Positions 26,601-38,600 of a stretch of 64,000 nucleotides of DNA are shown one piece after another; positions within the stretch are counted from its first letter, which is position 1; each line of letters begins with the position of its first letter. Origin of the DNA: Callorhinchus milii (lineage: Eukaryota); assembly GCF_018977255.1 (NCBI RefSeq), contig NW_024704742.1:21888001-21952000 (forward strand). The letters run 5' to 3'. Under the pieces are notes generated by a model. The model was not told the origin of the DNA. It worked only from the letters and a program-made list of their open reading frames with translations, and did not search any database. Position numbers and translations under genes: made by a program.

Positions 26601-29600
26601 CTCAGTGTGAGTATCTTGTAAGTGACACTGGTGATTTAGATTGTCCTCTCAACCATGACATGTTTTGCTGCCTGTTTCATGTGTTATCCAATCTGTAAAT
26701 TACTTGCAATGCTTCCTGACCAATATTCCCTCCCTGAATCCAGATTCCTAGCCAAAATGTTTAATTTGACATTTCATTATTTATGGGGTGTTGATGGTTC
26801 AGATTGGCTTATTTCATTGCTTATTTCCAGATCATCATCCCTTTTTTAATTGAGTTATTGATTTAATAAAAATAATAATCCTTGCATTTGATATAGCGGT
26901 TTTCACGCCTTCCAGACATCTCAAAGCGCTTCACAGAATATACTGTAAAGTGAATTGACCATATATTTGTGGTCGAAACTCAGCAGCCAATTGCGCACAG
27001 CAGTGTCTCACAAACAGTTGTGGATTGAAAATGACCAATTTATTATTGTTTTGGAGGGATTATTATTAGGCGTGTGAAGTAAGGAAACTTGCCCAAGATT
27101 TTGCGCTGCCTGGAATTGAACCCAGGTGTCTCGATTTGGATCCCGTCTGTCTTGTGATTCATGTGGATGTTAAGAAATACCCCTTTTCTGCTGCTTAGCT
27201 GCTGCAGAGCAACAATCACTTTGTTTCTGACTAATCTTTTCCTGTAAAGTATTTTGAGGCTTTGCCTTTCCCTGGAATGCGCTATCTAAGAGTGTTGCAA
27301 TTTAATAATATTCTGTGGTGTGGGGAAAGGCCAAGAGAATGGAATTAGAGCTTGAGAACCAGCATCTACATGATGGAGTGAATGGCCACCTGTGCTGTAA
27401 ACTTTCTATGATTCAATGTAATGCAGTTTCAGAATTTTAATGGTTCCAATCCTATTCCAGTTTCCTTTGTTTTCTGAAGCGCTACAAACTGGATTTTTAA
27501 ATCGAATTTAATTTTCTTTTCCAATTTAAGAATTTAAGACTGTTGGTTTAAACAGTAAAACTCAAGTCTGATCTGTTTAAATAATATAATCAATTAAGTC
27601 GTACATCTGCCAAGGTCCCGTTGAATTTCCTATAATCTATGCAAGTTTCACATAACTCATACTTTGCATAAGTCAAATTAAATGTATGGTCCCAAATGAT
27701 ACGACTTATATGAGGTTTACTGTAAATATTTTAGGGGAAGTTTGTTTCAAAGACTTGATGGAAGAAGTGTCAAACAACCTTTGTGTTTGGTTTCTTTTCC
27801 GGTCACGTAAATTGATGATTTGTGTCTGCTGTGGGGATTACTGTGGCTGCTTGCAGTAAGAAATGCCTACCAATCTTTGTCATGAAAGCTTGACCAGCGA
27901 TCGTGAATAAACAATTTTTGTTTTACCCAGTCACACTTATTGTACTTGCATTTTATTCATTAAATTAAATCATAACTAGGCATCAAATACAACGGTCAAT
28001 GTATGAAATGTTCTGTGATTCCATACGCTTTATCTAATTCAGTATTACAATTAGCATTCAAAACATCCAGAAAAGATATTTGTCAGATGTTTTATATGAT
28101 AGAAATTCACTTCCAGCTTTTAAACTGATTGTTGTATAGATGTTTTAGGTGAGTTGGGGAGAGAGAGAGAGAAACAGATTTATTTTACTATGCTCAAGGT
28201 ACCTTGTTGGTCACTAGATGTCTCTGTTTGAATGCATCTCCACTGATTCCTTCATCTGACCCCCACGTCAGGCCAATTTTCTCTTAAGTTAGCTTCATTC
28301 CTCCACATTTTTATGTCTTCCCTGTATTTACATATCATCTCTATTTACTTTGCCCTTCTTTCCTTTTTTTATTCCCTCTCAAATTCAGCTGTAGTACTTG
28401 ATGCTTGCTTGCGTCAATTGCTTCCAGGAGTAGAATTAATTTTGTGTTTCTATATAGTTGGGTTGAATTAATTCCCACACAGTTTGCTTCCAAAGTAAAT
28501 ATTTGTTTGCGGATACACCAAATATAATGCAAACATTCTTCAATGTGCACAGGCAGTGTGTGGCCAGTTCATGTTATCTTTATCTTTATCTTTTTAACAT
28601 CCTCTGTGTATGTCTATGTAACCTAAAATACTCACAAACTTACACTAGTCAATAGGGTAGTTCATGCTTTCTAAGAGAAATAGACAGATGTATGTGTTTG
28701 TCTGTGTGTGTGTAAGAGGGGTTTGTCAGAGACGAATATTTAACAAGATATTCATACTGGCAGAAACAGTTAAGCATCATAAAAAATATTTGGTTAGTGT
28801 AATGTAATTCTGTCTAAATGGTTTTATATTTATGGCATGTTTTATTCAGTTGCGGGCAGTGTGCTGTGAGTTGTTGTCTTGTTTGATTGCTTCAGGCAAA
28901 TAAATTATGCAAATGACTATGTTGCTCAGGTTTGAAAAATCATTTTAATATCAATTTTAATAAAACAGAATGTCATTCAAACCTTGGGTGCATTTTTTTC
29001 CCAAACGGTACGCACGCTACTTTGTAATACCACCTTTTTTCTCTGCCTCTTCTAACAACAGCTGAAAATAAAAAGGTAAAGGGAGTGCAGATGGGTACGA
29101 TAAAACAGGAGCCCATGGACATGGAGATGCCCGAACACACAGCATCGCCACTTTCTAGTTGTTTGTTCAGCTGCAAGGCTGTGAAAATGCCCAAGAAAAG
29201 TGAAAGGTCAACAAATTCCCCTGAAGTTATACCTCGTACGGAAATCCAGCTCTTCACTCAAGACATATCTGTGAAGATGGCATCGGAGCTTCTTTATCAA
29301 CTCTCAGGTACCTGCGTGGCTATGCTGTAGCAAGGCTAAATTGTCAAGAGTAAAGATGGTTCGAGCATGTTGACCTCTGTTCGGGTTCAAGATTTTATGG
29401 CTTGCAACCTTGAAATTCCTGAAGAAAATTGCCTTTCAACCCAATCCCTTTTGTTAATTGACATTATTTTTGCGGAAAGTTTGACACAATGCAGTGATCT
29501 GTCCTTTGTAAGGTGGGACATAAAAAGGAAAAGCCAGCAGAGGGCCATTTCACAAAGATCACTTTGCAGCTCTCTGTCAATCAAACTAGCAAGATATTTG

Positions 29601-32600
29601 GCTGCAGCTTTTACTGGTGGTTCAGTGAGCTATTAATAGCTAATAATGCCATCTCTTCTTGGAATGCAGAGGTGACAAGGTGATTCATTATTATTATCCT
29701 CTGTCCCTCCCCCCCACACGGTCATTTATGTTGGATATAGCGTAACTGTTCACAATCTGACCAGCATTTTCTTTTTTTTGCATTGATTTTGGTGCTCGTT
29801 ATATCGTCAGTTATCTTACATATAATGTGTCTGCGTGCCTTTCTTCACCTCCTGTTCCTTTGTTTTCAAGGCTTCCAAGCAGATTACGATCAGTGTTTTT
29901 TGTGCTGTTCCAAGTTGTAGGGTGAATGTAAATTGTGCACCGGTATCTACAGAGCTATTTTAGCTGAGAAAATCAAATAATAAATAATAATAACAAACCC
30001 CCAAACAAAATTGGTCACATGCTTCACGGCTGTCTGTGGGACACTGATGTACACAAATTGGCTGCTGCGTTCGCCCTCAAAATACATAAAATCACACCAC
30101 TTTACAGTATCCTGTGAAGTGCTTTGAGTAGTCCTGACTACTTGATGAGATATTAAATCAAATGCAAGGATTATTATTATAATAGTCCTTTCACTTGATG
30201 TAGCGCCTTTCACACTAGAAGGATAAAGCACTTCACAGGATTTACTGTAAAGTGTAGTGACTGTGTATTTTGTAGATGATTAGTCCAAAAAGGTAAGAAT
30301 CCTCAAGTAGGTGGATCTTCACCCCATAACTCTAAAAGCCGTGAGTGCACACTTCAGGAACCATAGCTTGCTATTTGAGTGAACGAAAAGAGACATCACT
30401 TTTGTAAGGCTTCCTTCTCTGTGTTCAATTTTTGTGCTTTCAAAATTTTAAAAGGTCCTATAAAAATGCCAAATTCTTTCATATAAGTTGGATATTTCTT
30501 CCAAGTGATTTGGATGTGGAGGAGGATACAGAAAACTACTTTACTGGAACAAATGCTCCTTCACTTCACATTGATTAGATCGTATAATTAATTGTTCAGC
30601 TTTATTATTGCTAAATTAATGGGATGGCAGATCTATTTCTTATTTTGTGAACCATTACAGACAACTATAACTTTACATTCCCATTACTTTAGGATTGGAA
30701 GGCAGATGTGGTATAAATAGCGAGTCTCACATAGTTCCAGAATTTTATTTCTTGTACAGTAGGAGGTGGAACCACAGTATGTAGCTGCAACTGAAGGTAG
30801 ATGTCTCAGAAATTTTGCCACAATTTTTTTCAAGGAGCTTGCAAAAAAATTAGACAAATTCAATACTAACGGACAATTAAATGCCTAATGTATTTTCAGC
30901 AGCTTTGGGTTAACAACCAATTAATTTGGCATTTGAACCTCTGCAAATAAGGGGCAGATTTCCAGCATAGTGCATGGTACTCCAAGGTAGTATTGGTGAT
31001 ACACCAGCCAGCCTGGCTCATTAACAGGATTTAGAGAGGAAGACCAGTCACTGGGAGATGGCATTCTTCCCATTTGGTTCCTGTTAACTCCACAAACCAA
31101 AACATTAATGTAGGGGTAGTCCTGACAGTGGGAAGCTTGCCAGCGTTCTCAATAGTGTTAATTTTAGTTGGTTAAACTCCAGTGGTAAGACAATGCACGC
31201 TCTGGGGACCCCAAGTCTTGCCTCGTGCCAACCTTCATCTAACCTCACCAGGAGTTTTCATCTGAGTGCAGAGTGTGCCCTGCATACCATACCAGAGATT
31301 GCTCCTTTGGTCTTGCCTCCCTTGATCTACCTGAGCTCCCAAATACACTATCTGAACCATCTGCTCTCCCTCTTCCCTGCAATCTCTCTGCGCTAAAATC
31401 CCTTTTCTGCAATGCTACAAATATGAAATCTTTGTGAGGATAAAGAGATAATCAAAGGCACTAGCTCCTTCAGGTGAAGACTTTCACCATATTGGTAGCG
31501 ATTTCAATGTTTTACACCACTGAAGTGCAGTAGAATCCAAGGAACCCAACTGGAAGTGCTCCCGACGTGAAAGGCATTGTATCAATGTCATTTGAGTCAA
31601 TTTATCCCAATGAGTCTATTCCACCAGTTTACTAGATCATGGCAGAACTTTTAATCCTATTTCCCTGGTCTTTCTTATACCTTCTCCATATTCTCTCAGT
31701 GTTAGAAGCCGAGCAGGGGAGGGGGAGGTGGTGCAGTCGATGAGAGGCTTTTAGGAGGAATTTAAAAATGGTTGGGAAGGGGGTGAAGCAGAAGGGTAGA
31801 GAGACAGAGTTAAAGAGGTTAGCGATGTGGTTGCTGAAGGCTCGACCACCAAAGTTGGCGTTGAGGGGACGAGGAACATGCAGCTGGCATATACCTCAAC
31901 AACAACAACAACTTGGATTTATATAGCACCCTCCACGCCGGACGGCGTCTCAGAGCGCTTCACAGTAACGGATCCCGGGGCCGAGCCAGGGGGAGGGGGA
32001 GGAAAGTGACCAAAGGCACAGTCGAAGAGAAAAGTCTTCAGTCCTGAAAATAGGAAGAGAGGGAGCGAGGCGAAGAGAGTGAGGAAGGGAGTTCCAGAGC
32101 CTCGGGGCACAGTGGCTGAAGGTACGGCCACCGAGGGTGGAGCGGAGGACTCGGGGGACAAGGAGGAGGCCAGACCCGGAGGAACGACGGCAACAGCTAC
32201 TGTTTTGAGGAGAGAGGAGGTCAGAGAGGTGGGGGAGTGCAGAGGAGTGGAGGAATTTGAATACAAGGGTGAGGATCTTGAAGTCAATCCTCTCTTGGAT
32301 AGGCAGCCAGTGCAGTCTGGCAAGGACTGGGGTGATCGGGGAGCGAAGTTTTGTGCGGGTGAGAATGCGGGCGGCAGAGCTTTGGATGGTTTAGATTTTA
32401 TGAATGGTAGTGGAGGGTAGACCGGCGAGGAGGGCGTTAGAGTAGTCCAGCCGAGAGGTGACAAAGGCATGGACCAGGGTTTCAGCGGCTTTTGGAGAGA
32501 GGTGTTGGCGGAGATGAGCGATGCATCGGAGGTGGAAGAAGGCGGTGCTGGTGAGGGACCGGATGTGGGTGAGGAAAGATAATTGGGGGTCGAACCTGAC

Positions 32601-35600
32601 GCCTAGGTTGCGTATGGGTTCGGAGAGTTTAGGGGTCGGTTGGGTAGGTGGAGGAGGTGAGGGCCATGAGGTTTTAGACGTTGACGAGAGCCAAAGAGTA
32701 TGGCTTCCGTCTTGTCAATGTTCAGCTGAAGGAAATTTGCGCTCATCCAGCCCCTGAGGTCTGACAGGCAGGCTGACAGAACATCAGGGGACTGGGGGTC
32801 GCAAAGAGAGGTGGAAAAATAGAGTTGGGTGTCGTCCGCTTACATGTGGAAGTGTACCCCATGTTTGCGGATGACATCCCCAAGAGGGAGCATGTAGATC
32901 AGAAAGAGGAGGGGGACAAGGATGGATTCTTGGGGTAGTCCACAGGTAACCGGGTGAGAGCGGGAGGAGAAGCCGTTTGTGCAAATGTACTGCTGGAGGT
33001 TTGTGAGGTAGGACTTGAACCAGGTGAGTGCGGTCCCACTGAGGTGGATGACAGAGGAAAGGCGGTGGAGGAGGATGGCGTGATCGACTGAGGTAGATTC
33101 AATAGAGAGTAATCATGAACAGTAGCCACGTTTGGGTTTTTTTGCCTCTCTTCTTCTCTCGCCCTGGAGTGTCTCCAGCAGAAGCAGTTCTTTGATATCT
33201 CGAGCTCCTGTGCTCGACCTCTGGTCTCTGTGCATTGGATACCACAGCACCTGGGGCAATCACTTCACGCACGTAGTTTAAGAGCCTCCGTGGAAGTTGT
33301 ATATTATTCACCTCCCTCTGGAGGCAAAATAGATAGGATAAGATTCATAATGGCAGAAATTGCACTGTACTTGGTCAGTGGAAGCAACTGGCTCAATGGT
33401 GCAATGAAATGAGATGAGACAAGATTTTTGCCTGCAGGTTTTTTAAAAAAAATATCGTAATATGTGCAAGTCAATGTCTAACTGCACTTGATCTTTAAGT
33501 ATAAAAAATCTTCGGCCATTACTACAGCAATACAGTTAAACAGCAGAATATCAAAATGCAGAGTTCCAATTATAATTTTCCTTGCAATTGATATAGCACT
33601 TCACAGAATTTGGGGTAGTTTGTAGGCGAACACAGCAGGCAATTTACACGCAGCAATGCTCCATCCACAAACAGCTATGAGGTGAATGACCAATTTCATC
33701 CAGGGGATTGTCGCCCAGGTCACCAGGAGAAACAAGCTTGACACCTGGCTCAAAAGTAATTGAGTGTTTACCAACCGGTCTAATATATGATGTGTGAGGC
33801 TGTCTTTGGCATTAGAGTTCTGTACTGCTCTTTCAGCCCAGCCAATGAGTTTTGAAAACTGCAAAGCACCAGTGAAAATAAGGTAGTGACTTAGTGGCAT
33901 GAGGTGTGACCAGATCACAGTAATGCACTTCACTTGTATAGTGCAAAGTGGATGAAGGACCTGACCTGTCCACTAAACTTCTCCTCAGTTTTCCAAAAAA
34001 CTGTATCCACTACTGAGAAAGATTCTTTCATAGGGTATACTTAAATATTGCAGATGCTACTTTTTTTAAATGAATGTTTCTTTGTGTGCTTTTTGTGCTC
34101 TTCCAGAAAAAGTAAGCAAAGCACAAGAGCAAGGAAAAGAAAGTTCCGACTTCAGCATCAATAGGTGAGTGACCATTGTCATTTTAAAAAAGAAATTGAG
34201 AGGTGAGTTCTTTGAGAATAGAATCTTTTCTACGGCCTGGATTTGAATTCATTGCCAAATGATAGGGTGCTCTCAGCAGTAAGCAGTTTATTCACCCACC
34301 TCTTAGTCCGTATTGCAGAAGTGGCCCAACAAACCGAAGTGCAGACTGAGAATCAGACTGCCCGGTGATAGGATCTTCCTGAGCAGCTATCGTCAAGGAG
34401 CAACACTAGAATAGAAAGCAAGTAAACCAGGTATAGCTGCGTCTAGTTCCTTATGGAGATGTCATCTCTATAAGGTCAGGGTCATATGCATAATTCATCC
34501 AATTGCAAAATATTTTTATAAAGCTCTTCAAATTAGGAAATTAGAATCAGTTATGTTTTGGGGAAGCTCACGTAAGTTTCAATGTCAGTCAGTCCAAAAT
34601 AACCTCTATGAATTGCGCTGTTATGTTTAATTCCTGATTGGGAAGCCATAGTGCTTTTCATGCTTGCACAACCAATCCTGAAATCTTGTTCCGATATCGT
34701 GTGGTGTATGATCTGAGCAGTAACCATAGATCACAGGGTCCTGGCTATAAAGTGATGGCGTGATGGAGGTTCAGTGACAATCTGACAGATGGTGACATTG
34801 AAGTCCCTGTGATCAAGAATAATGTTATAAGTTGTTACACCGCCCAGATCCCCAGATGTTATTACTCATGTTTTAGTGCTGAGAATTTCATCAATAATGG
34901 CGTTTTGTTCTCGTATGTTAATACCATGGAAAAAAAATCTTTTGGGGACTACTTGACTGTAATTTTTTTACTCATTACTCATTGCAGTTCTCTTTGTGAA
35001 GAAACGTTTAGATCATCAGTGTTTACTTCAAGCCCGAGAGATTTTTTACCCGACCTCCATGGGAGACTAGCATTGCAAGGTATGTGATTGTCACATGATC
35101 ATTCTGACCTGGCCTATAAATATTTCTGCAGCTTTCGAAGATACTTGGTTGGTTCTTTTCATTTTATTTTCTTAAACCATACAAAGTTGAACATTTTCAA
35201 CTATAAATATATATATATACATAATAATCCTTTCATTACATATAGTGCCTTTCACATCAAGAGGACATCTCAAAGCACTTCACAGAATTTACTGTAAAGT
35301 GTAAAGAAATTATTTTATAGGCGAACATGGCAGACAATTTGCATACATCTGTCCAACAGTCATGAAGTATCGATATATAAATGTGCTTTTCAGTCTAATG
35401 TAAAAAGCATTGAATCATATTATTATTTTAGAGATAAATAATTGATAGACTCACCTTTTTTGATACCAATCTACTGGATAAGCACGTTAAACTATTCAAC
35501 TTTTACATTTATTGTTATCAAAATCTAAAGTTTTTTTGTCATAAAGACAAGAAGCAGGAGAAAAGCATCTGAAAAGGTAGTCAGAGACAGAGATATTAAA

Positions 35601-38600
35601 GTGAGGAGGGTAAGGGTGAGATAGGGGACTATGGAATGGAGTTCCAGAGAGCAGGAGCAGAATTAATAATAATAGTAATTAATAATACACATAATCCTTG
35701 CATTTGATATCGTGCCTTATCATGTCGTTGAGATATTTCAAAGTGCTTCACAGAATATATTGTAAAATGTATAATTTGTGGACAAAACATGGCAGCCAGT
35801 TGTGCACAGCAGAATTGTTGAAAGTTTGCCCGCTGATGGCAGGGCAGATTGGGTGGGGGGCAGTTTTGTTGAACGGAGGGTGCGGCTGAGGCAGGAGGTG
35901 GCAGAGGAAGCTTGGGGCGAGGCACTGGGACTTTTGAAAGCGAGGACAAAAGTTTTGAGTTTGATCCACTGGGGGGTGGGAACCTTTGAAGCCGAATGAG
36001 GACGAGGCTAATGGCTTGTGGAGCTTTGTTCAGGAGCGAACATGAGCTGCAGAGTTCTGGATGGTGTGCAACTTACAGAGGCAGCAAAGTCTAGCAGGGA
36101 GGGTGAAGTATTGGTTGATTACCCCAAGGATCCATTCTTGGTCCCCTTCTCTTCCTCGTCTATATGCTCCCTCGCGGTGATGTCATCCGCAGGCACGGGG
36201 TTAACTTCCACATGACACTCAACTCTATTTTTCCACCTCCAGCTGCGACCTCCAGTCCCCTGATGTTCTGTCAGCTTGTCTGTCGGACATCAGGAGCTGG
36301 ATGAGCGCAAATTTCCTGCGGGTGAACATCAACAAGACAGAAGCCATACTCTTTGGCGTCTGCCGACATCTTCTGTCCCACGATTCCGACCTCCTCAACC
36401 TACCCAACCTGTGCTTAAAACTCTCCGAATCTGTGCACAACTTAGGCATCAGGTTTGATCCCTAGTTATCCTTTCTCCACCACATCCGGTCCCTGACAAG
36501 CACCTTTTTCTTCCACCTCCGCCACATTGCCCGTCTCTGACAATACCTCACCCCAAAAGCTGTCTAAACCCTTGTTCATGCCTTTGTCACTTCTAACGCC
36601 CTCCTCGCCGGTCTCCCCTTCTCCACCATTCACAAAACTCAGCTCATTCAAAACTCCGCCGCCCGCATTCTCACCCGCACCAAACTTCATACCCCGATTA
36701 CTCCAGTCCTTGCCAAACTCCACTGGCTCCCTGTCACAGAGCGGATTGACTTCAAGATCCTCACTCTAGTGTTTAAATCCCTTCATTCCTTGGCGCCCCC
36801 CTATCTCCCTAACCTCTCTCCCCACAGCAGTACCCACTACCTCTGCTCTACTGGGTCCGGCCTCCTCCGCATCCCCGAATTCTCTGCTCCACCATCGGTG
36901 GCCGTGCCTTCAGCCACTACGTCCTGACACTTTGAAACCCCCTCCCTCAACCCCTTCACCTCGCCCCCTCCTTCCCCATCTTCAGGTCGTGCCTGAAGAC
37001 CTTCCTTTTCGACCGCGCCTACAGTCACCTTCCCCCTCCCCTTGACTCGGCCTCGGGCTCCGACATTGTTAAGTGCTCTGAGAGATCGCCGGGCGTGGAT
37101 GATGCTATATAAATGCATGGTGTTGTCGTTGTTGAGCCTTGAGGTGACGAAGAAGACATGGGTGAGGGTCTTGGCCGCCCCAGGGGGAGAGGTAATGGCA
37201 GAGGAGGGTGATGATGCAGAGGTGAGGGAAAACCAAACGGTTAAGAGCCCAGAGGTAGGATGGTAGGAGGTCAAACTAGACACCTTGGTTCCTAAGGTAA
37301 TGTGAGCTTCCATGCAGGATCATGTTTGCTGACATTTGTTTCAGAAGCTGACGTAACAATTTGAGAAGTGAACTTGATGTAGAGCATTCCTTTTTTCAAA
37401 GGAAAAAAAGTTTTTTTTAAAAAAAGATACTGAGATTACATAAGAAACATTATCCATTTGCAGAAATGGGGAAACTACCCGTCGAGTTGGGGAATATAAC
37501 CCCACCATGGAAGTTTTGTGAGCAGCTTTTTCCCTGTAAGGTTTGTGGGAAGGTTTTTGGCCGACAACAGACACTGTCCCGACACCTCTCTTTGCACACA
37601 GGTAAGGAGGGAGATGTTCTGAATTCCGTGTGGCATTTTGCTTTAGTTTTTTAACGTGCGGTTATAATGCATTGTGGCAAGCTCCCAAGGCGTTCAAATA
37701 AATGAAGCGCAAACTTCCTCAACCCGCTGAGAAAAATCAGTGGGGGCATCCCGCTTTCTCCAGGGAACCCCTGGACGTCACATGGACTAGCGAGATATCT
37801 CTCCCTGGAGAGCTCGAGTCAGAGCCGCAGTCTCAGGAGTCGATGTGATGTCACGGACCCTTTTTCTGGTCCAAGCAGTTTTGCCATTCGAGCACTGTTG
37901 GGATTGGGAGCCTTTGACTCATCTCGTCCCTCCAGAAAACCCACCTTACCATCCCCCTCCCCATCAAAACATCATGATGTTTTTCTTTAAATATGTCCAG
38001 TAGCCTGGCCTCAATCACCCTAATGGGAACTTGTCCATTACCCTCTGAGTAAAGGAAAAATTTCCAGTATCTGTCCTGAAATTTCCCCTTTAAATAATAA
38101 TAATAATCCTTGCATTTGATATAGCGCTTTTCACGTCGGGAGGACGTCCCAAAGCGCTTCACAGAACACACTGTAAAGTGAATTGACTGTATATTTGTGG
38201 GCGAACGCGGCAGCCAATTGCGCACAGCAATGTCCCACAAACAGTCGTAGATTGAAAATGACCAATATATTATTGATTTTTGGTTTTGGAGGGATTATTA
38301 TTAGGCTCTGTGTGGAGTAAGGAAACTTGCCCAAGGTTTCGCCCTGCCTGAGTTACAACTCTAACCTCCTCTTGAGCTACTGTCTTGGTGCATTCAAAAG
38401 TAAGGGTCCGTAGTGGGGAGCAAGGGGGAGGAGAAGAACACACGATTATGAACTATTATTGTTTTGCAGATGAAAGGAAGTACAAGTGTCACTTGTGTCC
38501 CTATGCTGCCAAGTGTCGAGCCAATCTAAACCAGCATTTGACAATCCATTCAGTGAAGTTAGTGAGTGCAGACTCTGAAAACGTAGTTAATGCTGTCACG

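Noticed and set aside
31892..33095. 7-bp inverted match (tacctca / tgaggta) at the two ends of an L2, and similar 5' truncation near the VDH motif here and at 63025
   Set aside because: Too short and too few cases to separate from chance
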